Assembly (NCBI GenBank): GCA_965224025.1
Contig: OZ245033.1
Location: 352,001 to 416,000 of the forward strand
DNA: 64,000 nt
Direction: 5' to 3'
Origin: Candidatus Multivorans sp.
GTDB lineage: Bacteria > Acidobacteriota > Thermoanaerobaculia > Multivoradales > Multivoraceae
Below are positions 39,815 to 50,147 of this stretch, piece by piece; the stretch's first letter is position 1, and each line of letters begins with the position of its first letter. The position numbers and the translations under genes are program-made. The notes under the pieces were generated by a model that was given only the letters and a program-made list of their open reading frames with translations, searched no databases and was not told the DNA's origin.

Positions 39815-41724
39815 ATGCCGAGACTCCTGCGTCCTTCGTTGATGATGGCTGTGATCCTGACGCCCGCGGCTGGATGGGCCCAGCCAGGCGGTTCATTGTT
39901 CGAGCAGCACTGCGCGCCCTGTCATGGAAACCCGGAGCCCGGCTCCCGAGCCCCGGATCGGGAGGCGCTGCGGCAGTTCACGCCGGAGCGGGTGCTCGAG
40001 TCGCTGACGACCGGCGCGATGTCGGTGGAGGTGCCAGGGCTGACCGACGACGAGAGGCGGGAGGTGGCTCAGTGGGCCGCGGGCCGTGCGCTTGGGACGA
40101 CTGGTGGGGATGCCTCCTCGATGCCCAATCAGTGTCCGAGCAAACCGTTCGGCGACCCGTTCGCTGGCGCGGGGTGGAACGGCTGGAGCCCGGACGTTGG
40201 CAACTCGCGCTTCCAGCCGGCCGCGGCCGCCGGGTTGACCCCGGACCAGGTCCCGCGCCTGACGTTGAAGTGGGCGTTCGGATACCCGGGCGGGGTCAGA
40301 GCCGCCGCTGGTTCGCCGACGGTCGTGGGGGGAAGGCTCTACGCGGGATCCGACACGGGCTATGTCTACTCGCTGGATGCGGCGAGCGGCTGTGTCTACT
40401 GGTCCTTCGAGTCGCAATGGGTCGTCCGCTCCTCCGTCACCATCGGACCCGTCACGGGCGCGGGGACGGCGCGCTATGCCGCGTACTTCGGGGACGCCAG
40501 GGCGAACGTGTACGCCGTCAATGCCGAAACCGGTGAGTTGCTGTGGAAGCAACGTGCCGACACCCATCCGATCGCGCGCATCACCGCCGCCCCCATGCTG
40601 CACGCCGGCCGGCTCTACGTGCCCGTTTCCTCACTGGAAGAACTGGCAGGCCGCCACCTCTGGTACGAGTGCTGCACGTTCCGGGGCAGCGTGGTGGCGT
40701 ATGACGCGAACACGGGCGAGCAGATCTGGAAGAGCTACGCGATTGCCGAAGAACCCAGGCCCACGACGAAGAACGCGCAGGGCACTCAACAGTGGGCCCC
40801 GGCCGGGGGGGCGGTCTGGGGCGCGCCGGTCATCGATGCTGCTCGAGGGGCCTTGTACATCGGTAGTGGAACGGCTACACCGCGCCCGCGGCCAGTGACA
40901 CCGACGCCGTCATCGCCTTCGATCTCGAGACCGGGAAGCGGCTGTGGCTGAACCAGTTGACGGCCCTGGATGCCTACCTCAGCAGGTGTCCCGGCCGGAT
41001 CGATGTGCAAGGCCGCCCGAGGGATCCCAAGCGAGCGGATCCCCAGCGCATCGCATCCCTCAACTGCCCCGACCCCGAGAAAGTTGCCGAAAACGTCGAT
41101 GTCGATGTTGTGGCGGTCATGCTTCACATGCTGCCGGACGGGCGGACGATTCTCGTCGTCGGGCAGCAGAACGGCCGGGTCTATGCGCTCGACCCTGACC
41201 GCGAGGGGGCGGTGCTGTGGGAACTCTACGCGGGCGCGGACACGGAGAAGCGCGCGAACATCACGTTTGGCGGCGCCACCGACGGGCGGCTGGCCTACTT
41301 CCCCCTCCTATACCAGCCGTCGGAGCACCGCGGAATCGCTGCGCCGTCGCGGTCGAAGGGCGGCCTGGCCGCGATTCGCGTGGAGACGGGCGAGCAGGTG
41401 TGGTACACGCCGACGCCGGCGGCCAACTGTCCCGACCCCTCCCCGCAACGGTGCAGCTCCGGGCAGGACGCGGCGGCGACGGCGATCCCGGGCGTGGTCT
41501 TCGCCGGCGCGATGGACGGCATGCTTCGCGCGTACTCGACCACCGACGGCCGCATCCTCTGGGAGTACGACACGGCCCAGGAGTTCGAGACCGTCAATGA
41601 TGTGCCGGCCAAGGGTGGCATGCTGAACGGCCCGGGGCCAACCGTCGTCGATGGCATGCTGTTCATGGGGTCGGGCTACGCGTCAGGGCCGGGCAACGTG
41701 CTGCTGGCGTTCGGACTCGAATAG
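39815..41724 (+). pseudogene. Cytochrome c + PQQ polyvinyl-alcohol-dehydrogenase-like protein, frameshift near 40870
   Basis: CAPCH, LKWAFG, ECCTFRGS. One extra base restores IGSGNGYT...AFDLETG into the ORF ending GNVLLAFG. Confidence 0.8.
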
Positions 41725-41806
41725 GGTGATGCGAGCGAGGCGCCATGCGTTGTGCAACTGATAGTGCACGCCGGAGGCGTAGCGGTGATGGCGTTCAACT
41801 CGTAGG

Positions 41807-43663
41807 CTAAGGGACGTACCAGATGGGCGACGACCAGGCACGCTCCTGGAGGGTGGGAGGCAGGCCGGGGTTCGGTGGCGTTCCCGCCCGGATAGCATCC
41901 CAGGTCGACCAGCGACAGGTGGGATTCTGCAACACGCGAACGTAGTAGAACGCGCGTTGGCCAGGATCGAAGTCCGGGTCCTGCCAGAGCGCTTCGAGCT
42001 CCGCAGCCCCCTGACCTTCAGTCGTCGCGCAGGTGCTCAGATCGACCGTGGCTCCGTTGTCGGGGCAGCGGTGGGTGTCGTCCGGGGTCGAGCCATCGGA
42101 GCAGGCTGCGTCGTAGACCCGCTCGTGCTTCGCACCGTCTTCGGTCCATCCCTTGATCACTTGCAGTCGAGCAAGGGGAGCCGCGGCCGGATCCCTGGTA
42201 GCCCACAACAGAAAGCGCGGAGCTCGTTGCTCGCCATCGGCCATCAGGTCTCCTCCCATGGAGACGCCGTCGGCGTAGGCCCTGGTGAGCCCGTCTGATC
42301 CAGCCAGCGTCGTCTGGTCGAGGTCGTAGCCGGCGAAGAAGCGGACCCGCATGCGAGGGCCGGTGGTGGCAAAGGTCTCCTTCCGTTGGAGGGCGCGAAA
42401 GATGTCCTCCCTGGTGTTCGATTCGGCCCACACTGCGGCCAGGCCCGAGGCACCCCAGTACTGACTGGACCCGTCGTCGTACTCGCCGGTTTCGGCCCGA
42501 GGAACCGACCCTCGCTGCTCCGGCGTTATGTCCAACAGGCCGGCCTTGCTCCAGTAATCCTCTTCCCGAAACGATCCGGCCGCATTGTGGGTATCCGAGG
42601 AGCCGATGAGGCCGAAGCGAAAGGGATTGAAGCCCTGCTCCTCTTCCATGGCCAGGCCGTTCAGGTAGGCATCGCGTACGTAGCTGCCCTGCGGCTTGCT
42701 CGGAGAGTCATTGCCGATGGTCCCTTCGATGATCCCGAAGTCAGCCCACTCGTCGTTCGGAGACAAGAGCGGATGCGTGTCAGAGGTGCCCTTGACCTGG
42801 GTTACCTCGACCAGCGGCTCGTTTCGCATCCGCTGCTCGGCGTAGGCCTGGTCGATTGCATTGCCTTCTCTGTCGGTCAACTGGAACATCCATCCGTCTG
42901 AGCCGTTGGAGTTGTGGGGGATCGCCAGAGAGTCGATGCCCTGCTCGCGCTGCCGGTCCATCCAGTCCCACAGCTTCTCCGGGTTGTTCCTGGCGTCCAG
43001 TCGACTGAAAGGAATGCTCGGCACATTCGAGCCAGGGAAGATCACGTTTCGATGCAGGTTCTCCCCACCGGGGCCGCTGCCAGTGAACTCGTAGGCGATG
43101 AGGGTGGTGAAAGTGCCTGGATCGTTGTGGCGCTCAGCGGCCGCGATGATCTCCCGCCATGCGCTCCCTACGATGCCGAGATCGAGCAGGTCGTCCTGAT
43201 CGACATATCCTCTCTGACGCGGCAGCACTTCTCGAAAAACGGCCGCGCGATCGCCGGGTGTTTCGGCGCTTCGGAGTGCGATCGACAGCGGATGTCGGCC
43301 AACCTCGGAATCGGGATTGTCCATCTGCTCGAACATGCCCAGGTAGGTGGCATGGTCGGCGACCGCGAGGAAGTCGAGCGGGGCCTCGAGGCGCATCTCG
43401 ATTCCGGCTGCGTGGGTCAGCGCTTCTCCCTTGGCGAACCTGTAGGCGTCGTCCGGATCGTTGCGGGTGCCGTAGATGTAGGCGTCGAAGGAGTACTTGG
43501 TGTGGACGTGAAGGTCGCCGAAGTAGGCGTCTCGAGTCGATGATCTCTGCTCCATCGGAGCGGCCTCTTCGCTGGCTCGAGCCGGGACCTCGGCAGGTTC
43601 ATCCGCACAACCGAGAGACAGGAGAAGAAAAGCTGTCAGCCAGACACCGCTACGCGCACACAT
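41807..43663 (-). CDS. DUF3604 domain lipoprotein
   Basis: YFGDLHVHT, NLHRNVIF, IPHNSN, SSDTH, ERAWSSPIWY; lipobox LSLGC. Confidence 0.9.
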   Translation of the reverse strand: MCARSGVWLTAFLLLSLGCADEPAEVPARASEEAAPMEQRSSTRDAYFGDLHVHTKYSFDAYIYGTRNDPDDAYRFAKGEALTHAAGIEMRLEAPLDFLAVADHATYLGMFEQMDNPDSEVGRHPLSIALRSAETPGDRAAVFREVLPRQRGYVDQDDLLDLGIVGSAWREIIAAAERHNDPGTFTTLIAYEFTGSGPGGENLHRNVIFPGSNVPSIPFSRLDARNNPEKLWDWMDRQREQGIDSLAIPHNSNGSDGWMFQLTDREGNAIDQAYAEQRMRNEPLVEVTQVKGTSDTHPLLSPNDEWADFGIIEGTIGNDSPSKPQGSYVRDAYLNGLAMEEEQGFNPFRFGLIGSSDTHNAAGSFREEDYWSKAGLLDITPEQRGSVPRAETGEYDDGSSQYWGASGLAAVWAESNTREDIFRALQRKETFATTGPRMRVRFFAGYDLDQTTLAGSDGLTRAYADGVSMGGDLMADGEQRAPRFLLWATRDPAAAPLARLQVIKGWTEDGAKHERVYDAACSDGSTPDDTHRCPDNGATVDLSTCATTEGQGAAELEALWQDPDFDPGQRAFYYVRVLQNPTCRWSTWDAIRAGTPPNPGLPPTLQERAWSSPIWYVP

Positions 43664-43824
43664 GGTCTTCTCGTTTCTCTTCGGTTCCATGACCGGAGTG
43701 GATGCGATCCGTTCTCGGAGCCCCCATCCTAACGCGGTCTGCACGCTACAGTAGGCACCGAACGACTACCGGCGTTTCGAGCCTGTCGAACCGAGGCGTC
43801 GCTGAAGGCAACAAAGGAGATACG

Positions 43825-45183
43825 ATGACGCGCACCTTCAAGAGATTCCCGTTGGTTCTAGCGCTGGCGATGGGCGCGATCGGAGTCGGGGCCGGCAGCT
43901 TGCGCGCCGGTACGCTCCCGGACTGCGAGGCGCTGCCGACGATGGACTTCACGAGCATTCAGGATGCGCCGACGCAGGTGACGGCGACCCGAATGGTGGA
44001 GGCCGCCGGCGAGGTGCCCGCCCATTGCCGGGTGGAGGGGTATGTCGCGCCCAATGTCCGGATCGTGCTACGCCTGCCGAACAGCGCCGCGTGGAGCGGC
44101 AGGTTCCTGGAGGCGAGCCCTGGTGGCTATGGCGGCTCGACGGAATCGATGGCCGCCTGGTGCGATGAGGCCTTGCGGAGAGGCTATGCCTGTCTCTCAC
44201 ACGATACGGGGCATTTCGGAAGAACAAGAAGGGCCTCGTGGGCCTACAACAATCTCCAGGCGGAGTTCGACTACGGCATCCGCGGTCACCATGTCGCCGC
44301 CCTGGCGGGCAAGGCAATCACCGAACACTTCTACGGCCGGGTGCCGGCGTTCTCCTATCACGTGGGCTGTTCCGCCGGCGGGAAGCAGGGGATGGTCCAA
44401 GCGAATCGCTTTCCCTGGAACTTCGACGGCATTCTCGTCCAGGAGCCCGCGAATGTAACGGCCACGGGTGTGGTGATCCTGTGGAACGCCTTGGCAACGC
44501 ATGACGCGGACGGCCAGCCGCTGTTCACACCCGCCGATCTGGACGTGCTGCACGCGGGGGCCATTGCCGCCTGCGATGCGGACGATGGCCTCGAGGATGG
44601 GATCATCGGTGGCGATCCCCGGACCTGCCAATTCGATCCGGCCGACCTGACCTGCGCGTCGGGGCAGACATCGGGCTGTCTATCGCCGATCCAGGTGGAG
44701 GCGGCCAGGAAAGTGGACAGCGGGCCGGTGACATCGACCGGGGAGAAGCTCAGAAAGTACTTCCCGTGGTACCCCGCCATGCGCGGCTCGGAGAAGGGCA
44801 ACTACTTCTCCATGGATCTCGAGTCCAGGACCTCGTGGGGGCGGTTCATGGGGTTCAACCCGGATCCGGGACCGAGCTGGACGGCGACCGACTTCGATTT
44901 CGACCACGATTACAAGCGCACCGGGATGATGGATGCGCTGGTGAATGGTTACAGCAATCCCGATCTGCGCAATTTCAAGGCTGCGGGTGGCAAGCTGCTG
45001 ATCATCCAGGGTTGGGAGGACTCTGGTCTGCCCTCACCGCAAGTCACTGTCGACTACTATGAGATGGCGGAACGCATCATGGGCGGGCGGGCCAGCACCC
45101 AAGAGGCGGTTCGGCTGTTCATGATTCCGGGACGTACGCATTGCTATGGCGGCGTTGGCGCGGACCGGGCAGCGTTTGAGTAG
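43825..45183 (+). CDS. Tannase / feruloyl esterase family hydrolase, probably C-terminally truncated
   Basis: GCSAGG, DGII, PDLRNFKAAGGK, HCYGG. Stops shortly after the catalytic His, without the usual WVE...PLC tail. Confidence 0.8.
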   Translation: MTRTFKRFPLVLALAMGAIGVGAGSLRAGTLPDCEALPTMDFTSIQDAPTQVTATRMVEAAGEVPAHCRVEGYVAPNVRIVLRLPNSAAWSGRFLEASPGGYGGSTESMAAWCDEALRRGYACLSHDTGHFGRTRRASWAYNNLQAEFDYGIRGHHVAALAGKAITEHFYGRVPAFSYHVGCSAGGKQGMVQANRFPWNFDGILVQEPANVTATGVVILWNALATHDADGQPLFTPADLDVLHAGAIAACDADDGLEDGIIGGDPRTCQFDPADLTCASGQTSGCLSPIQVEAARKVDSGPVTSTGEKLRKYFPWYPAMRGSEKGNYFSMDLESRTSWGRFMGFNPDPGPSWTATDFDFDHDYKRTGMMDALVNGYSNPDLRNFKAAGGKLLIIQGWEDSGLPSPQVTVDYYEMAERIMGGRASTQEAVRLFMIPGRTHCYGGVGADRAAFE

Positions 45184-45280
45184 AATCCCCATGTTCGCCC
45201 ATCTGGTCGGATGAGTGGTCGTTCAGCTTAGGGTGATGGGGAGCAGGGACGCAATGGGCAGAGCGGCAGCGAACGGTGCA

Positions 45281-45613
45281 TCAAGGGAGGGCCTTCTCCT
45301 CGACCGCCTGCTTGATCCAACTGTTCAGGCTGACGCCGAGCGCGCTTGCCGAGAGCGCGGCTTGTTGGTGCAGGTCTGGGCCCAGCCGCAGGTTGAGGAC
45401 GCCGGAGAACGGCATGCGCGGCTCGACATCGTCCTCCTCGCACGATGCAAGATACTCGTCGATGGAGACTTCAAATTCACGCCGAATCCCATCAACGTCC
45501 GTCGCTTCGAACGTCGCAATGGGATACGGGCCGCTGTTGACGACCCAGCCTTGAAGGCGACCCACCGAGTCGTCAAACTCGACGGCGGCGACGTAGCCCT
45601 TGTACTTCATCAT
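45281..45613 (-). CDS. hicB: HicB antitoxin
   Basis: MMKYKGY...FSGVLNLRLGPDLH...SLNSWI. Confidence 0.92.
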   Translation of the reverse strand: MMKYKGYVAAVEFDDSVGRLQGWVVNSGPYPIATFEATDVDGIRREFEVSIDEYLASCEEDDVEPRMPFSGVLNLRLGPDLHQQAALSASALGVSLNSWIKQAVEEKALP

Positions 45614-45864
45614 GGCTTCACTCCTGCAGCTTCGAGAAAGGCAACGATGGCTCGCAACGTCCCACGTCCCAGAACCGGTGCCGGGTGCGGCCGATGCACG
45701 ACCATCCTTTCCGCGTCCTTCTTGAGGAGCAGTCTCGACCCGGAACGTTCCGAAACCTCCACGCCGGCTGCTTGAAGCATGGCGACGGCGTCCGCCCAAC
45801 GGATGCCCGCTGGTGTAGGCCGCGCGCGCATGCTCTCCAAAGTTCGCCGGTGCTTGCTCCTCAT
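45610..45864 (-). CDS. hicA: HicA toxin
   Basis: IRWAD...ERSGSR...HRPHP; ATGA overlap with hicB. Confidence 0.9.
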   Translation of the reverse strand: MRSKHRRTLESMRARPTPAGIRWADAVAMLQAAGVEVSERSGSRLLLKKDAERMVVHRPHPAPVLGRGTLRAIVAFLEAAGVKP

Positions 45865-46047
45865 GGTACCGTCCGTAGTATCTTACAGGCCAAACGATGA
45901 CCAGGCGAGATCGAGGCCGGTCAGGTCCAGCCGGCGGCCGATGTGTTTGCACGGCTCCGGAAGCGACACCAGACTGAGCGCGGTGCTACGACACCGAGCT
46001 GTGACATGCCCGCATCGCGCCGGACGATGGGACCGCTGCGGAACGTC

Positions 46048-46200
46048 CTAGCCGCCCGCCGCGTCAACCGGCGAGAACCCGAGTGGCGCGATCCGCGTCT
46101 GATCCCCAACAATCTCCGCCAGCACCGGCTCGATGTACCCGTAGAACCGCTCCGGGTCCTCGGACATCGGGAAGTGGCCCAACCCCTTCATTGTCCGGTC
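46048..46200 (-). pseudogene. C-terminal remnant of an alpha/beta hydrolase
   Basis: MKGLGHFPMSEDPERF resembles a catalytic-His segment; no upstream gene body. Confidence 0.55.
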
Positions 46201-46315
46201 ATCCGGGAATCGTAGCGCGGCGCCGAGACGGTGTAAGCCGGCGCCCTCGCCAGCTTCCGGAAAAGCGCGCTGCGGTTTCGGCTGCGGTAGAGAGTTGGCC
46301 GAGATGACGCCGGTG

Positions 46316-46343
46316 CTCTGGGTGCGCGGGTCTTCTGACCCGC
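46316..46343 (+). repeat. REP-like hairpin
   Basis: CTCTGGGTGC-GCGGGTC-TTCT-GACCCGC; compensatory variant of 47541-47568. Confidence 0.75.
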
Positions 46344-46477
46344 TGCCGCCGTAGGCGGCCAACAAACCGCGCCGCGAAGCGGCGACCGCTCTCCGCCGGG
46401 CGCGACGGCGACACCAAGTGGAATCAAGAACGTCGGTCAAACGTTTGGCCTACACACAGAGCGAAAGGAGTCCCTCG

Positions 46478-47495
46478 ATGATCTGGAGAGCCTTGCTACT
46501 CGCGGCCTCAGCGGCAGTGCCGGCAGCGACCGCCCAGCAGAACGACGAATCCAAGCCGACCCCTGTGGATCTCGTCGAGGAAGAGATGCAGGTCGTGGGA
46601 GAGCTACTCGGGCCGCCCCTCTGGAAGGTCACCAAGGACGACCATGTCCTGTGGATCCTGGGTACTCCGGAACTGGTACCGGACGATCTCTGGCGATCGG
46701 ACTTCGTCGAACACGTCCTGGCCCACTCCAGCGAGTACCTGACGTCCCCGGACGTGCGCATCACGGCGTCGAACCCCGTAAGAGTGATGCAAGGGCTCAG
46801 GAAGTACAGGCGCACACGACGAATCCCGGACCGCGGAACCCTGGAGAACCTGCTGCCAGAGGACCTGTACCAGCTCTTCTCCGAGACCAGACTCAGCTAC
46901 GCGCCGAAGCGAGACGACCTCGAGAGATTGCGGCCTAGCGTCGCGGCCAAGGAACTCGTCGACTCTGCGGCGGAATCCGCAGGCCTCCAATCGGGCCTTG
47001 TGATTTGTCGGGCAATCGAGCAAAGAGCCAAGAAGCACAACGTCAAGAAGGTGCCAACGGTTCTCTCCGAGCGCTTCAAGGACTCCTCTCTCCTCGATTC
47101 GATGGAAGGAAATGTCCGCAGTTGCGGAGCAAGCCTGTCTGCAGGCACGTCTTCAAGGGCTCGATGCCCAGCTAGAGGCGCACACGCGTCTGGCGGCTGC
47201 CTGGGCCGAAGGCGATCTGGCCTCGCTTAGAGCCCATCCGGCCGGTTCGGCCACAGAGGTCTGCGATCCCTGGCGACTCGCCCCCTACCCAGAGGAGCTG
47301 AACCTGGCGGAATCGCGTCGCTGGGCACTCTGGCTCGAGAACGCCGATCGCGCATTGCGCGACAACGACTCCACTTTCGCCACCCTGCCTCTCAGCGACC
47401 TGCTGCGGCCCGACGGACCCCTGGCGTGGCTCCGACAGAGAGGCTACGAAGTCCTGGAGCCAGACGAAGCTCCTCCGGAGGGGCAGCAAGGCTAA
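46478..47495 (+). pseudogene. TraB/GumN family protein, frameshift near 47110
   Basis: GPPLWKVT...LWILG N-terminus; TFATLPLSDLL...GPLAWLRQRGYEV C-terminus in another frame (extra A in GGAAATG). Confidence 0.75.
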
Positions 47496-47537
47496 GGCCA
47501 GTCCGGTTGCAGTAGAGAATCTCGCTGCCCGGCGCCC

Positions 47538-47781
47538 GTTCTCTGGGTGCGCGGACCTTCTGGTCCGCATCGAGCGCGATGCTGCGAAGCAGCGAGCACG
47601 AGCTTGTTCCATGCAAGTAGGAACAGCGCCCCGCTGCGCTTGCACGCAGGGAACTGGGCCGCGGACTGGCGCGCAGGCGCAGAACTGTCGCCGGCCTTCG
47701 GCCAGCGGCAGTTTTCTCCGGACTTCGCCGCTTCGCGGCTTCGCCCGGAAGCGGACCAGAAGGTCCGCGCACCCAGAGAAC
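47538..47781. repeat. Inverted REP doublet (REPIN-like)
   Basis: Perfect 31-bp inverted repeat, 47538-47568 and 47751-47781. Confidence 0.85.
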
Positions 47782-47856
47782 CGCCGTCGACGCGTTGTGG
47801 TTCCCTGCTGCAGTTGACATCGCCGTGGGCGCCTTTGGCGGCCAGTTCCATGCAAG
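47618..47856 (+). mobile_element. Putative non-autonomous IS110-derived mini-element
   Basis: Starts with a homologue of the IS110 left end (CAGCG..CGCTGCGCT....CGCAGGGAAC) and ends in GTTCCATGCAAG, identical to the IS110 right end. Confidence 0.55.
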
Positions 47857-47918
47857 CATGCGCCTCCGACTCGCTCCCGCTACCTTCGGCGGCGCAAGCT
47901 CCTAGAATCCTCCCTGCA

Positions 47919-48413
47919 ATGCCCGACCCCGACTTCTCCACCTTCCCCCTCAAGAAGAAGGGCAACCGCTACCAGGACTTTGAGGAAGGCCGGACCTTCG
48001 ACCACCACTGGGGCCGCACCCTCAGCGAAGCGGACAACGCGCTCTTCGCCACCGCCACGATGCGGTTCACCCCGCTCTACTTCAACGCCGAGTACGCGCG
48101 CGCCCACGGCCACGACTCGGTGGTCATCGACCCGCTGCTCGTGCTCTGCACCGTGGTCGGCATGTCCGTCGAGGACCTCTCCGAAGGCGGCGGACCGTTC
48201 CTCGGCGTGAACGACGTGAAGTTCCACCAGCCCGTCTACCCAGGCGACACGATCACCGGCAAGAGCCGCGTCGTGAAACGCCGCGAGTCCGGCTCCAGAC
48301 CCCACTTCGGCATCGTCACCTGGGAGACGGAGGCCCGCAACCAGCACGGCAACGTCGTGCTGACCTACCAGCGCACCAACCTCGTCGCCAAGCGCCGGGA
48401 GCCCGCGCCATGA
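47919..48413 (+). CDS. MaoC-like dehydratase
   Basis: YQDFEEG..HHWGRT, PLYFNAEYA, PVYPGDT. Confidence 0.9.
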   Translation: MPDPDFSTFPLKKKGNRYQDFEEGRTFDHHWGRTLSEADNALFATATMRFTPLYFNAEYARAHGHDSVVIDPLLVLCTVVGMSVEDLSEGGGPFLGVNDVKFHQPVYPGDTITGKSRVVKRRESGSRPHFGIVTWETEARNQHGNVVLTYQRTNLVAKRREPAP

Positions 48414-48883
48414 CCACAGCCCTCACCTCCCCCTCCACCTACTTCGAAGACTTCGCCGCCGGCCAGAAGATGCGCCACGCCCGCGGCACCACGATCGACG
48501 AAGTCGAAAGCCAGCTCCTCACCAAGCTCGTCCTGAACACCGCCGACGGCCACTTCGACGAGCACAAGATGAAGGCGTCCCCCTTCGGCCAGCGCCTCGT
48601 GTTCGGCCTCGTCACCGGCTCGACGGTCATCGGCCTGGCGACCCAGGACACGGCCGAGAACGCGCTCGCCGAGCTCGGCCTCGACAGGATGCGCTTCCGC
48701 GCGCCCGTCTTCCTCGGCGACTCGCTAACCGCCTACACCGAGGTGCTCGAGACCCGCGACGCCGACCGCGACGACGCCGGCGTCGTCCGCTTCAAGCACT
48801 GGGGCACGAAGCAGGACGGCACGATCGTCTTCGAGGGCGAGCGCGAGGTCCTCATCAAGCGCCGCTCGCACTGGGGGTCGTAG
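48410..48883 (+). CDS. MaoC-like dehydratase
   Basis: YFEDF..HARGTT, NTADGHFD, PVFLGD. Confidence 0.9.
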   Translation: MTTALTSPSTYFEDFAAGQKMRHARGTTIDEVESQLLTKLVLNTADGHFDEHKMKASPFGQRLVFGLVTGSTVIGLATQDTAENALAELGLDRMRFRAPVFLGDSLTAYTEVLETRDADRDDAGVVRFKHWGTKQDGTIVFEGEREVLIKRRSHWGS

Positions 48884-50145
48884 TGGGCGGCGGGTCAGGC
48901 CCCCTCTCCGACCTCGTCATCATCGACTGCACGATGGCGCTCGCCGGGCCGTTCGGCTCGGCGATCCTCGCCGACCTCGGCGCCGACGTGATCAAGGTGG
49001 AGCCGCCGACGGGCGACATGTCGCGCCCCTCGCCGCCGACGCCGCCGGATTTCATCCACCCCGCCCAGGGCAAGGCCGGGGTCGACGGCGGCTGCGACTT
49101 CGGCGGCTACTTCGGCAGCATCAACCGAAACAAGCGCAGCATCTCGCTCAACCTGAAGGACGAGGCCGACCGCGAGACCTTCCTCCGCCTGTGCGAGCAG
49201 GCCGACGCCGTGCTCGAGAACATGCGCGCCGGCGTGATGGACCGGCTCGGGCTGAGCTACGAGACGATCCGCGAGCGCAACCCGCGGATCGTCTACGCGG
49301 CGCTGCGCGGCTTCGGCGACCCGCGGACCGGCGAGAGCCCCCACGCCGACTGGCCCGCCTTCGACATCGTGGCCCAGGCGATGGGCGGCTTCGCCCACAT
49401 CAACGGCCCCGCGGGCGACGGCGGGTCTGGAGGCGGCTACCCCGGGGGCGCCTCCGTCGGCGACCTGTTTCCCGGGACGCTGATGGCGCTCGGCGTCGTC
49501 GCCGGGGTCCACCACGCGCGGCGCACCGGCAAGGGCCAGTTCATGGACGTCGCGATGGTCGACGGCGTCAACCTGCTGTGCGAGTCCCTCTTCGCGAACT
49601 ACGGCGCCGCGAAGTCCAATCAGCTCGGGCCGCGCGGCAGGCACCACCACAGCCTGTGCCCGTTCGGCATCTTCGACGCGAAGGACGGCGGCGTGGCGAT
49701 CGCAGCGCCCATGCCGGCCCAGTGGGAGATCCTCTGCCACGAGATGGGGCGGCCCGAACTCGTCGACGACGAACGCACGAAGGACTTCGCGGCCCGCCGC
49801 AAGCACCGGGAGTTCGTGGAAGGCGCCGTCTCCGAGTGGACCGGCGGGCGTACCCGCGACCAGGTCACAGACGCGCTCGCCGGCCGGGTCCCCTGCGGCC
49901 CGGTGCAGACCGCGGCCGACATCTTCGAGAGCCCCCACACCGCGGTCCGCGAGATGGTCGCCGAAGTCGAGCTGCCGGGCGACAACGAACCGGTCAGGAT
50001 CGTCGGCAGCCCGATCAAGTACACCGAAACGAAGACCGGCGTGCGCAGCAGGGCGCCACTGCTCGACGAGCACCGCGAAGAGATCCTCGCCCAATTCGGG
50101 ATCAACGCCGGGATCGACCGGGAAGACCCGCCCAAGGAGAGTTAG
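48883..50145 (+). CDS. Family III CoA-transferase (CaiB/BaiF)
   Basis: LAGPF..LADLGADVIKVE, NRNKRS, AFDIVAQA, APLLDEH. Confidence 0.93.
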   Translation: MGGGSGPLSDLVIIDCTMALAGPFGSAILADLGADVIKVEPPTGDMSRPSPPTPPDFIHPAQGKAGVDGGCDFGGYFGSINRNKRSISLNLKDEADRETFLRLCEQADAVLENMRAGVMDRLGLSYETIRERNPRIVYAALRGFGDPRTGESPHADWPAFDIVAQAMGGFAHINGPAGDGGSGGGYPGGASVGDLFPGTLMALGVVAGVHHARRTGKGQFMDVAMVDGVNLLCESLFANYGAAKSNQLGPRGRHHHSLCPFGIFDAKDGGVAIAAPMPAQWEILCHEMGRPELVDDERTKDFAARRKHREFVEGAVSEWTGGRTRDQVTDALAGRVPCGPVQTAADIFESPHTAVREMVAEVELPGDNEPVRIVGSPIKYTETKTGVRSRAPLLDEHREEILAQFGINAGIDREDPPKES

Positions 50146-50147
50146 CC

